From NCBI GenBank assembly GCA_963805085.1, contig CAWDTA010000002.1:800001-864000 (forward strand): a stretch of DNA of 64,000 bases, in the 5' to 3' direction. The translations under genes were made by a program, and so were the position numbers. The notes beneath the pieces were generated by a model. The model was not told the origin of the DNA, did not search any database, and worked only from the letters and a program-made list of their open reading frames with translations. Numbering within the stretch: the stretch's first letter is position 1; the number at the start of each line of letters is the position of its first letter. Below are positions 8,274-18,789 of this stretch, piece after piece. This stretch comes from an uncultured Veillonellaceae bacterium (GTDB taxonomy: Bacteria; Bacillota; Negativicutes; JARBTT01).

Positions 8274-9440
8274 CTATTCCATCCCCTCATCTTGTAGTGC
8301 TTTTGCTATTTTCTTAGCTGCCTTAGCTAACTCTGCTTTATCGTGCACCGCAGACACAGTTAAGCGTAAACGACTCTCGCCAACTGGTACCGTGGGTGGA
8401 CGAATGGCGCTCAAAATAATACCTTTCTCACTTAATATATTGGCTATTGTTGTTGCCTTTTGGGCACTGCCAACGATAATCGGAATAATTGGTGTCTCTA
8501 CCCGATTGACATTCACGCCATATTTTATTAATTCCACCCGCATAAAATAAGCATTTTCAGCCAATCGTTCTACTAACTCAGAACTGTTTATCACTTCTTT
8601 TAATGCTGCATGAGCCGCTGCAATCGTAGCTGGTGCTAGTGCTGTAGAAAAAATATAGCTACGCGCTTTGTTGATTAAAAAGTCAATCAACTCTTTTTTG
8701 CCTGCAACATAGGCCCCTTCAGCCCCCAAAGCCTTACTTAATGTACCCATTTGAATCGTAACCTCGTCCTCTACACCAAAGTGTGCTGCAGTGCCCCGAC
8801 CACGCCCAAGCACCCCCGTTGCATGTGCATCATCTACCATTACGAGCGCTTGATATTTTTTTGCAATGTTAACTATTTTGTTAAGTGGGGCAATATCACC
8901 ATCCATACTGAAAACGCCATCTACGATGATCATTCGTTTTCCCTTACAAGGCGTATTTTGGATAAGCTCCTCTAATTTAGCCATATCAGAATGAGGGAAA
9001 ATTACCCGCGTTGATCCTGATAATCGACAGCCATCAATAATACTAGCATGGTTTAGTACATCGCTAAAAATAACATCCTCTTTCCCCATGACCGCACTAA
9101 TTGTTCCTAGATTCGCCATATACCCAGTATTAAATACTACCGCTGCTTCGGTGCCTTTAAAGCCTGCAATATCTTTTTCCAAAGCCTCATATAAAGGATG
9201 TGTACCTGTCGTAAGCCTCGCACCGCCAGAACCAGTACCATATCTTTCAATTGCTGTAATCGCTGCCGCTTTTACCTTAGCATGATGCGTCAAACCCAAA
9301 TAATTATTAGAAGCTAGCATCAGATATTCAGTGCCAGCAACTTCAACATGGCTCGCACTGATCGGGTTATAGACTCGGTTTTGTCGATAGAGACCATGCT
9401 CTTTCATCGTTGTTATATATTCTCTAAAAAAATTTATCAT
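8274..9440 (-). CDS. bioF: 8-amino-7-oxononanoate synthase
   Basis: SNNYLGL, GSGGARL, NHASIIDG, DGVFSMDGD, DDAHATG and GTLSKALG. Confidence 0.95.
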   Translation of the reverse strand: MINFFREYITTMKEHGLYRQNRVYNPISASHVEVAGTEYLMLASNNYLGLTHHAKVKAAAITAIERYGTGSGGARLTTGTHPLYEALEKDIAGFKGTEAAVVFNTGYMANLGTISAVMGKEDVIFSDVLNHASIIDGCRLSGSTRVIFPHSDMAKLEELIQNTPCKGKRMIIVDGVFSMDGDIAPLNKIVNIAKKYQALVMVDDAHATGVLGRGRGTAAHFGVEDEVTIQMGTLSKALGAEGAYVAGKKELIDFLINKARSYIFSTALAPATIAAAHAALKEVINSSELVERLAENAYFMRVELIKYGVNVNRVETPIIPIIVGSAQKATTIANILSEKGIILSAIRPPTVPVGESRLRLTVSAVHDKAELAKAAKKIAKALQDEGME

Positions 9441-10201
9441 ACTGTTTCCTCATTTATGCCTACTAAAACAGGCTGATATTGAAGATACTGGATCAATTCT
9501 GCTATATCACTATCATGTTTCACAAAAAAAACCCGCCCCCCTTGCCAATCACCAGCTTCTTTTAATTGTGTAATCCGATGATATTGTCGTCTCGCTGCTA
9601 CATACCCTGTCACATAATCAGGATCATCCGACCAGCAAAGTTCAGCGACTATTTGCGGAGCAGCTGCTACTTTTGCCGCCAGCACGAGTGCTTCCCTGAC
9701 ATGAATATTTTCTAGACCTTGCTTAGTCAGCCAAGAACAGAAATTTTTTTCGTTATAAATATCCATTCTAGAAACACGAACGCCACGCTGCGCTAAGGAA
9801 TCCAAACGTTTTCCAGTTACCATATCCAATAGCATCGCACCGCGCATACTTGTTTGTAAATGATCAAGTTCATAAAACGCCTGCTCCACTGCCGTTTGTG
9901 TAATCGCTGCTGATAGCAGCAATTTTTTAGCAGCAGTTCGTCCACTTTGTACTGAATCAACAAGATAGGTTGCAATTGGTAATAGCGGCACTTGCTTGAT
10001 CGTTTCCTCTGCCACTGTTTCAATCGTTAAGTTAATAAAATCAGCTTTACCACGACTATGCGTTAATGCCCGCTGGATCATTTTTTTTGCGATATCTTCT
10101 AAGTTTTCTTCACGAAGTAAACGCTCTGCTCCTGAAATATGTTGCCCACCACATTCATGAGCGCCACCTTCTGCCGCTCGCATTCTAATACTATACAGCA
10201 T
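9437..10201 (-). CDS. bioW: 6-carboxyhexanoate (pimelate)-CoA ligase
   Basis: YSIRMRA, HISGAER, MRGAML, RGVRVSRMD, EALVLA, AELCWSDDPDYVTGYVA and GGRVFF. Confidence 0.95.
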   Translation of the reverse strand: MLYSIRMRAAEGGAHECGGQHISGAERLLREENLEDIAKKMIQRALTHSRGKADFINLTIETVAEETIKQVPLLPIATYLVDSVQSGRTAAKKLLLSAAITQTAVEQAFYELDHLQTSMRGAMLLDMVTGKRLDSLAQRGVRVSRMDIYNEKNFCSWLTKQGLENIHVREALVLAAKVAAAPQIVAELCWSDDPDYVTGYVAARRQYHRITQLKEAGDWQGGRVFFVKHDSDIAELIQYLQYQPVLVGINEETV

Positions 10202-10682
10202 TTATTTTTTTCGCCCCTTTTGGCAATCTAACTCTGCTTAACACTTTCGTTAATGGATACGCCAATACTGCCGTATAAATCATACCTGGAACTGCCGCCA
10301 ACAATAACGGTATAACCGCTTTTCCTAAAAACAGCCCCATACTCAGTCTTGACACTGCTGATCCTATTGGTCCAGCAATAGAAAGTATCCAAATATTTTT
10401 TCCACCCAAACTCACCAGACCGCCTGCTACAATACGAAAAATACAAGCGATGAAAACATTAAATACGTTTTGCGTTCCTAGCATTAAACCAATCAAACTA
10501 GAAAGAACGCCCGCTATGATATATTTTTTAAAACCAAAAACTGCACAGATTGCTACAGCTAGCGGTGCTGATAATTGAAATTCTGTCCCGGGAAATAATC
10601 CCGGTAATTTAATGGCTCCTGTAATAGTAATAAAAGCCGTAAGTAAACCAATTTCCGTGCTTATTTGGGTTTGTTTCCTCAC
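10191..10682 (-). CDS. bioX: BioX-like membrane protein (Lysinibacillus sphaericus bioXWF type)
   Basis: PGTEFQLSAPLAVAICAVFGFKKY..FR..AGPIGS..PGM resembles BioX as I recall it, and the gene sits directly upstream of bioW-bioF. Confidence 0.75.
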   Translation of the reverse strand: MRKQTQISTEIGLLTAFITITGAIKLPGLFPGTEFQLSAPLAVAICAVFGFKKYIIAGVLSSLIGLMLGTQNVFNVFIACIFRIVAGGLVSLGGKNIWILSIAGPIGSAVSRLSMGLFLGKAVIPLLLAAVPGMIYTAVLAYPLTKVLSRVRLPKGAKKINAV

Positions 10683-11680
10683 TAGAAATTACCTGCTTTT
10701 GCTGCTGGTCTACCAAGATCTTTCAGCATTTTCCGATCATCTTCGTAGCCACGGCCACCAGTTGTCAAATAACCACCAACCATCATGCCACTAATACCAC
10801 CCATTAAAGAAGTCGCTTGCAAATCTCTAAGATTGACTTCACGGCCACCAGCAGTTCTAATCCCACAATTCGGTACAATAAAACGAAATAACGCAAACGT
10901 TTTTAATATTTCAATTGGCGCAAGCGGTGCTTGATGTTCAAAAACAGTACCTTTGATCGGATTTAAAATATTGAGCGGAATCGAATGAACGCCAAAACCT
11001 CTGATTTCAAAAGCCATATCAAGACGATCTTCCATCGTTTCATTCATCCCTAAAATACCACCAGAACAAACCTCTAGCCCAGCCTCTTTGGCAATTTCAA
11101 TTGTTGTCAAACGATCATCATAACTATGGGTACTACAAATGTTAGGATAATTACGACGACTCGTTTCAATATTATGGTGATATCGCGAAACCCCAGCTTC
11201 TTTTAATGCTTTGGCATTTTCTAACGTTAAGGCCCCCAAAGAGCAACAAACCTTTAAATTGGTTTCAGCTAGAATTCGCTTTAACGCTGTTAATATTTTA
11301 GGAAACTCTTTGTCGCCTTCCATCCCTTTCCCACTGGTAACAATCGCAAAACGATTTGCGCCACCAGCCTCTGCTTCTTTTGCTTTCGCAACAATTTCAT
11401 CTGCAGCCATCAAGGGGTAAACCGCAACATTGGTATCATGATATTTAGATTGTGCACAATATTTACAGTTTTCACTGCAGCGACCAGACCGTCCATTGAC
11501 GATCGCGCATAAATCTACCTCATCACCAACATATTTTTGTCTAATCTTATCTGCCATAGCGAGCAAAAACGGCACATCATTATCAGGAATAGCAGCCAAT
11601 TGACTTGCTTCTTCTCTACTGATTTCTGTTCCCGCTAAAACCTTTTCACCTAAACGCGTGATTACATGAATATGTTCCAT
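10682..11680 (-). CDS. bioB: Biotin synthase
   Basis: CSENCKYCAQS radical SAM motif, YHHNIET, CSGGILG and GYLTTGGR. Confidence 0.97.
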   Translation of the reverse strand: MEHIHVITRLGEKVLAGTEISREEASQLAAIPDNDVPFLLAMADKIRQKYVGDEVDLCAIVNGRSGRCSENCKYCAQSKYHDTNVAVYPLMAADEIVAKAKEAEAGGANRFAIVTSGKGMEGDKEFPKILTALKRILAETNLKVCCSLGALTLENAKALKEAGVSRYHHNIETSRRNYPNICSTHSYDDRLTTIEIAKEAGLEVCSGGILGMNETMEDRLDMAFEIRGFGVHSIPLNILNPIKGTVFEHQAPLAPIEILKTFALFRFIVPNCGIRTAGGREVNLRDLQATSLMGGISGMMVGGYLTTGGRGYEDDRKMLKDLGRPAAKAGNF

Positions 11681-11703
11681 TACTCAATACTCCTTTTTAT
11701 AAT

Positions 11704-11787
11704 AGTTAACCATATTATTTTATTCAGTTAACCATTATGATAGATTTATTTCTTTATTGTAAACTTATTATAATATAACTGTTAACA
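11704..11787. promoter_or_regulatory. Two tandem BirA operators (bio boxes)
   Basis: TGTAAAC-N16-GTTAACA (11758-11787) and AGTTAAC-N16-GTTAACC (11704-11733). Confidence 0.85.
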
Positions 11788-11991
11788 ATAATATTATAAT
11801 CCTGATATTTTAATTAGTAAATATGTTTTTTCTATAGTTCTAGTAACTTATCTGCTGAAGTCGTATCATATAATATTTTATTCTAATACGACTTCCGATC
11901 TACTAAATCAAAAATTTTTATAATTTCTAAATAATTTATGCATTTAGGAATGATATCTCTTTCTATTTTCGGTTAACGAATCACCGCACAG

Positions 11992-12369
11992 TTAACCAAT
12001 CATTTTAAAAATGATTCCAGTCACCATGGGAATCAACCAAATCCCCCATACGACAATGCTAAATTTATGAAACTTTTGCTTCAATGCTAAATTATCTTTG
12101 ATCATGACCCAAGTTGCCCAAATGACATGAAATAACATTAAGAATAACGCAATCGCTCCTGTTATAGAATGGAAATTATATTGAAACATTCCACCAACCA
12201 TTTGTCCCATTGCATGCGTTCCTATTGAATCACAAACAAAGCCAAGCCAGAATACAATGACATGCCACCATTTCAACGTTAATTGATATTTTTCTACGAA
12301 TACACCAATACTATAAAAAATTACAGCAAAGTTCATGAATATCATTGCTGTACGCATATGTTCTTGCAT
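11992..12369 (-). CDS. HsmA/TIGR03987-family membrane protein
   Basis: FYSIGV..LKWWHVIVFWLGFVCDSIGT..HSITGAIALFLMLFH..FHKFSIVVWGIWLIP, four TM segments with several His, SD GAGGAGG. Confidence 0.8.
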   Translation of the reverse strand: MQEHMRTAMIFMNFAVIFYSIGVFVEKYQLTLKWWHVIVFWLGFVCDSIGTHAMGQMVGGMFQYNFHSITGAIALFLMLFHVIWATWVMIKDNLALKQKFHKFSIVVWGIWLIPMVTGIIFKMIG

Positions 12370-12473
12370 GCTAATAACCTCCTCTAACCACTACTCACCG
12401 TATCATAACGCATAATTCTATTGTAACTTACCTAATGTAAAAAGCAATTTAATTTTTAATTATTACCATCATC

Positions 12474-12593
12474 TTGACAGCTTCATCATTTAGCAATATA
12501 ATCATTAACAGTGAATGCCGATTAAAAACATTCCGTCAATAGATATTATATTCTATAATGTCTATTGACAAACCCTCACCTTTGATATATAAT
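12474..12593 (+). promoter_or_regulatory. Two tandem consensus sigma-A promoters for tRNA-Pro
   Basis: TTGACA-17-TATAAT at 12474-12502 and again at 12565-12593. Confidence 0.85.
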
Positions 12594-12622
12594 ATATTTT
12601 GTTAACGCTGTTAAAATGTTAA

Positions 12623-12699
12623 CGGGGCATGGCTCAGTTTGGTAGAGCACCTGGCTTGGGACCAGGGGGTCGCAGGTTCGAATCCTGCTGCTCCGACCA
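12623..12699 (+). tRNA. tRNA-Pro (TGG)
   Basis: Cloverleaf CGGGGCA..CCTGG-CTTGGGA-CCAGG..GGTTCGAATCC..TGCTCCG-ACCA. Confidence 0.98.
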
Positions 12700-12708
12700 C
12701 TTTAAAAG

Positions 12709-12739
12709 TAAACATCTTCCTGTTGGAAGATGTTTTTTT
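12709..12739 (+). terminator. tRNA terminator
   Basis: AAACATCTTCC-TGTT-GGAAGATGTTT followed by a T-tract. Confidence 0.9.
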
Positions 12740-12810
12740 ATTTTTTATAAATTTAATTTTTTTTATGTAAACACTATTGCAAAAACACATAAAAAGGTGT
12801 ATTCTATTTT

Positions 12811-12905
12811 ACGGGGAACTACTACGGTTATCTGTAGTAGATGGCAAAGGGTATAGAGGCGGCAGCAGCGAGAGTTTAACGGAAAAACTCTCGCTGTTGT
12901 TTTTT
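12811..12905 (+). ncRNA. Candidate stand-alone small RNA (~95 nt)
   Basis: Promoter TTGCAA-17-TATTCT (12777-12805), 5' hairpin CTACTACGG-TTAT-CTGTAGTAG and strong terminator 12862-12905. It forms a GC-rich island in AT-rich DNA. Confidence 0.55.
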
Positions 12906-12915
12906 ATTTTAATTT

Positions 12916-13152
12916 TTAAATAGTAGAATTATTATCTATTTTATTTACTAATATATAGTTTTCTAATAAATTTCTTAAATCCGATGGAAGATTGATATTA
13001 TTTACATTATTTACTACCTCTGTATTAATAAAGTCTTGAAAGCCAAGTGGTACATTAACAAATTGTTCATTATTTGCAATCGCCGCTAAGTTTTGAATAA
13101 CAAATACATCTAAAATATCCCGCACATCCTTTGCAACCGCCACACTAATCAC
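12916..13152 (-). CDS. Small hypothetical protein
   Basis: 78 aa ORF with SD-like AAGGTAGG before GTG. No family recognised. Confidence 0.5.
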   Translation of the reverse strand: MISVAVAKDVRDILDVFVIQNLAAIANNEQFVNVPLGFQDFINTEVVNNVNNINLPSDLRNLLENYILVNKIDNNSTI

Positions 13153-13432
13153 CTACCTTACTGATTAGTTTATGATAAACAAATATATTTGTTCAAATTA
13201 TGTAAGAAATACTTTGACATTTTATTTTACATAATTTAAAATTATAGTAATATAAAGGTAAAAATTTAAGTAATGTATTATAAAATCCGATAATACAATA
13301 AGAAAACTTAGCCACCTATGATAAATTGCTGATTTATATAAAATGTTTTAGTATATGAGTTGCTAATTTAAACTATTTATTATAAAGTAATAGATAGATA
13401 TTGATAAAATTACGAGCATTGGAGTATTTGCT

Positions 13433-13978
13433 ATGAATAAGATATATGCCATCATTGGACCACACGCTGCTGGTAAAACTACTATCATATCAAAATTAAA
13501 AACACAAGGAATTCCAGCTATCATTAGTCATACAACAAGAAAACCTCGCCCGGATGAAAAAGAAGGGCGTGAATATTACTTTGTTGAAAAAGATGAATTT
13601 CTTAAATTAGATTTGATTGAGAAAGTAACTTATCAAGGAGAGTATTATGGAATTTCCAAGAATGAGTTGTTAACGAAAATGCAATCTAGCAAAATAGATA
13701 CTGTCATGATAGAACAAAGTGGCTATAAACAATTAAAAAAACTATTAGGTGATCGCTTAGAATCCATTTACATTATGGTAGATTACGTAACTATGGTGGA
13801 ACGAATGCTAAATGACAAAGAAACGAATGATCAGATAAAGAAACAACTTGAATATATCGAGACCAATGGTGAACTTGATGCTTGGAAAATTACGAATTAT
13901 GTTGTAAAAAACTCTAGTAATATAAATATTACAATTAACCAAATCCTAGCTATCATGGGTTTATTAGCCCGTAAATAA
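13433..13978 (+). CDS. Guanylate kinase-like protein
   Basis: GPHAAGKT P-loop, SHTTRKPRPDEKEGREYYFV and YQGEYYG. Upstream promoter TTGACA-17-TAAAAT at 13214-13242. Confidence 0.85.
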   Translation: MNKIYAIIGPHAAGKTTIISKLKTQGIPAIISHTTRKPRPDEKEGREYYFVEKDEFLKLDLIEKVTYQGEYYGISKNELLTKMQSSKIDTVMIEQSGYKQLKKLLGDRLESIYIMVDYVTMVERMLNDKETNDQIKKQLEYIETNGELDAWKITNYVVKNSSNINITINQILAIMGLLARK

Positions 13979-14013
13979 AAGATCAGCATATCAATTGATA
14001 TGCTGATCTTTTT
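13977..14013. terminator. Bidirectional terminator
   Basis: AAAAGATCAGCATATCAATTGATATGCTGATCTTTTT between convergent genes. Confidence 0.9.
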
Positions 14014-14015
14014 AT

Positions 14016-14876
14016 TTAAGCGTGTCTTGCTTGTTCTTGTAATTTAGCAACACGTTTTGCAGTCTCTGGATGCGTACTAAATAAGCTCATGATCGATTTA
14101 CCTGTACCACTTAATGGATTGATGATAAACATGTGCGAAGTTGCTGGCGTTGCCTGCTCCATGACTGCATTTTTAGCATAATGCTCAATTTTTTGCAGTG
14201 CAGTTGCAAGTGCTAGCGGATTACCGCAAATTTTACCACCCGCTTCATCTGCTTCATATTCACGAGAACGAGAAATTCCCATTTGAATCAAAGTTGCAGT
14301 TAATGGTGCAATGATGATTGTAAACAACATCCCAGCCATACCACCGCCATTATCTTCTTCATCAGAACGTCCAGCCCCAAATATTGCTGCCCATTGTGCC
14401 ATAGAACCAATCCAAGAAATTACCCCAGCAATTGATGCAACTACGGTACTAATTAAAGTATCTCGATTTTTAATATGAGCAAGCTCGTGGGAAATAACGC
14501 CTTGTAACTCTTCAAATTGTAAGGTTCTCATAATCCCGGTGGTTACTGCAACCACACCATTTGCAGGATTACGACCTGTCGCAAAGGCATTTGGTACATC
14601 TGTATCGATAATATACACCCGTGGCATTGGAATATCTGCATTTTGTGCAAGCCCCTTTACCATATTATATAAATCAGGTGCTTGTGTATCACTTACTTCA
14701 CGTGCATCATACATTTTTAAAACGATAGAATCACTGTACCAGTAACTAAAGAAATTCATGCCAAAAGAGATAATGAGCATAACCGTTGCCCCTGATTTCC
14801 CTCCTACTGCTCCCCCTACTGCCACTAATACACCGGTCAGTAAAGCAAGCAATATTGTTGTTTTTAACGTATTCAT
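14016..14876 (-). CDS. htpX: Zinc metalloprotease HtpX (M48)
   Basis: PNAFATGRNP, HELAH, SRSREYEAD and LFSTHP. Confidence 0.96.
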   Translation of the reverse strand: MNTLKTTILLALLTGVLVAVGGAVGGKSGATVMLIISFGMNFFSYWYSDSIVLKMYDAREVSDTQAPDLYNMVKGLAQNADIPMPRVYIIDTDVPNAFATGRNPANGVVAVTTGIMRTLQFEELQGVISHELAHIKNRDTLISTVVASIAGVISWIGSMAQWAAIFGAGRSDEEDNGGGMAGMLFTIIIAPLTATLIQMGISRSREYEADEAGGKICGNPLALATALQKIEHYAKNAVMEQATPATSHMFIINPLSGTGKSIMSLFSTHPETAKRVAKLQEQARHA

Positions 14877-14903
14877 AAAAAAGCCTCCCTTTTTAATTCC
14901 AAA

Positions 14904-15575
14904 TCAATTATTTATTTGATGGCATTGTTTATTTTTTAGATACCCAATGCCTAGTACAACTATTACAAATAACCATTCAATATAACTGGCAAAATTGATA
15001 AAATATTTTCCCATTGCTTCATCTTCTACCATCAATTTACCAGCTGTAAATGCTAAAATACCAGCACCTAAATATATTATAATAGAAAATCGATTCATTA
15101 AAGTTAAGAATAACTGTGATCCACATAGAACAAGGGGAATACTTGCAAGTAATCCGCAAATAATCAAACTCCATTTACCACTGGGTACCGTCTGGGCAAC
15201 ACCTGCTAGTGCTAAAATATTATCTACACTCATAATAAGATCCGCCACTAAGATAGTTTTAATTGCCTTCATTAATGTTACTGGTTTATTACTTCGATTA
15301 TTTTCATCATCGTTAGGATGAATCAGTAAATTAATTGCAATATAAAGCAATACTAGCCCCCCAAAAAATTGCAAATAGGCAATTGAAAGTAAGTCGGTTG
15401 CAAACAATGTCAAACAAACACGAATAAATATAGCACCAAAGCAACCAATAAACATCGCTTTTTTACGTTTATCTACTGGTAAGTCTCTACAAGCAAGCGC
15501 AATTAAAATTGCATTGTCACCACTTAAAATTAAATCTAATAATAAAATACTGCCTAAAGCTAAAAACCATTCCAA
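14904..15575 (-). CDS. TerC/YjbE family membrane protein (Mn-related)
   Basis: DLILSGDNAILIALA, ADLIMSVDNILALAG and GLLASIPL. Confidence 0.92.
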   Translation of the reverse strand: MEWFLALGSILLLDLILSGDNAILIALACRDLPVDKRKKAMFIGCFGAIFIRVCLTLFATDLLSIAYLQFFGGLVLLYIAINLLIHPNDDENNRSNKPVTLMKAIKTILVADLIMSVDNILALAGVAQTVPSGKWSLIICGLLASIPLVLCGSQLFLTLMNRFSIIIYLGAGILAFTAGKLMVEDEAMGKYFINFASYIEWLFVIVVLGIGYLKNKQCHQINN

Positions 15576-15597
15576 CTTTATACTCTCCTTTTTCTTA

Positions 15598-16343
15598 AAT
15601 CAAAACCACCCGTCCAACGGGTGGTTTGAACTGAGGCTGTAAGCCTCTATTACTAGCCAGCGTCTAAAGGCGCTGGCTTTCACTTTGTTCAAGCCACTGT
15701 GGTTTTGTCATTTTTACTATCCCTCAAGGGATATTTGTACTATTTTACTTTTTACCCTTAAAAGGGTCTTCATATTCTCTAACACTTAATTTATCTAGTG
15801 CCTGATCATGTTTTTCTTGCTCTTGTATATATTTTTTTATAGTGGCTTCATTCAATCCTACTGTACTTACATAATATCCTTCTGCCCAAAAATGTCTGTT
15901 CCCATATTTATACTTTAGGTTACTATGCTTTTCGAATATCATCAGTGCACTTTTTCCTTTTAAGTATCCCATAAATGCAGATACACTAATTTTCGGTGGT
16001 ATTGACACTAACATATGCACATGGTCTACCATCAAATGCCCCTCTAATATTTCTACCCCCTTGTAACTACATAATCTCCTTAATATTTCCCCTATACTTT
16101 CTCTGTATTGCCCATATATTATTTTTCTTCTATACTTCGGCGTAAATACTATATGATACTTGCACATCCATTTGGTATGTGCTAAACTTTGAGCCATAAA
16201 CTCACCGATCCTTTCTTGTAATAGTGGCCTGAACACCCTCTATTATAAGAATCCGGTGAGTTTTTGTATAACTTCTGTCGCGCACCTGCATAGCAGGTGG
16301 TTTTTTGTTTCGTTCGCTTCGCTACCTCAACAGACTAAAGTCT
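15598..16343 (-). mobile_element. IS200-type insertion sequence (tnpA only); ends approximate
   Basis: tnpA flanked by subterminal hairpins (AAACCACCCGTCCAACGGGTGGTTT at 15603-15627; ACCTGCATAGCAGGT near 16284-16298) and an SD-occluding 5' stem-loop. Confidence 0.85.
15745..16197 (-). CDS. tnpA: IS200/IS605 family HUH transposase
   Basis: LAHTKWMCKYHIVFTPKYRRK..DHVHMLVSIPP..GYLKGKS..HFWAEGYYVSTVG..YIQEQ. The likely start is ATG 16197. Confidence 0.96.
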   Translation of the reverse strand: MAQSLAHTKWMCKYHIVFTPKYRRKIIYGQYRESIGEILRRLCSYKGVEILEGHLMVDHVHMLVSIPPKISVSAFMGYLKGKSALMIFEKHSNLKYKYGNRHFWAEGYYVSTVGLNEATIKKYIQEQEKHDQALDKLSVREYEDPFKGKK

Positions 16344-16344
16344 A

Positions 16345-16468
16345 AAATAAAAAGACCTTGTCTCATTCAGTAAGATTGAGACAAGGTCTTGCTTGCAATA
16401 TTAATTGCCAATAGCACCAGGGTTTTAAGACCCGCAATGATGATACTACTGTACAGCTACTCCCCTTG
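16345..16468 (-). ncRNA. yybP-ykoY (Mn2+) riboswitch with terminator
   Basis: Minus strand AAGGGGAGTAGC..CATCATTGCGG..CCTGG..TTGGCAA..TTGCAAGCAAGACCTTG. The 3' strand overlaps the terminator AAGACCTTGTCTCA/TGAGACAAGGTCTT-TTT. A TerC gene lies downstream. Confidence 0.9.
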
Positions 16469-16501
16469 TTAGGAATAAAATTGATTCATGAAATTGAATA
16501 T

Positions 16502-16530
16502 ATAGTAACATTAAATAGATAGCTTGTCAA
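16502..16530 (-). promoter_or_regulatory. Sigma-A promoter for the riboswitch/terC unit
   Basis: TTGACA-17-TACTAT on the minus strand. Confidence 0.75.
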
Positions 16531-16535
16531 CTGTA

Positions 16536-18503
<1,968 letters not shown>

Positions 18504-18537
18504 TTATTACCAATTTATCTTTACTCAAAATTTATGA

Positions 18538-18789
18538 CTAGTCTTCATTATAAAATAAATTATCAGCTCGCTTTTTTAAAGTTAAAGAAGATATTGCTGA
18601 TAAATAAACTTTTGATTTTGTAACAACAAAGGATTTTGGATCATTTTCTGATATATCAATAATAAAATTTTTGTTTTTCATTTTTTTTATAAATTCACGA
18701 TTTACGACAGATCGAAAACTCTTGTAATCGTTAATTGATACAATATCGATCAGTGCCACTACAATATCAGATCCTAGATGTAGAAACAT
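18538..18789 (-). CDS. remB: RemB/YaaB (DUF370)
   Basis: MFLHLG..PKSFVVT..VYLSAISSLTLKKR, between recF and gyrB. Confidence 0.9.
   Translation of the reverse strand: MFLHLGSDIVVALIDIVSINDYKSFRSVVNREFIKKMKNKNFIIDISENDPKSFVVTKSKVYLSAISSLTLKKRADNLFYNED

Noticed and set aside
10583-10596. CTGTCCCGGGAAAT, NBS-like (12/14) inside bioX
   Set aside because: Two mismatches in one arm, and explicable by the FPGT coding motif.
12629-12856. 75-aa ORF over the tRNA
   Set aside because: Spurious translation of the tRNA and its terminator.
12841-12860. GGCAAA resembling a c-di-GMP-I riboswitch start
   Set aside because: It lacks the GAAA tetraloop stem and GACGCAAA segment, and there is no co-oriented downstream gene.
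12623-13978. Possible integrative element at tRNA-Pro
   Set aside because: No integrase and no duplicated tRNA 3' end seen in the window.
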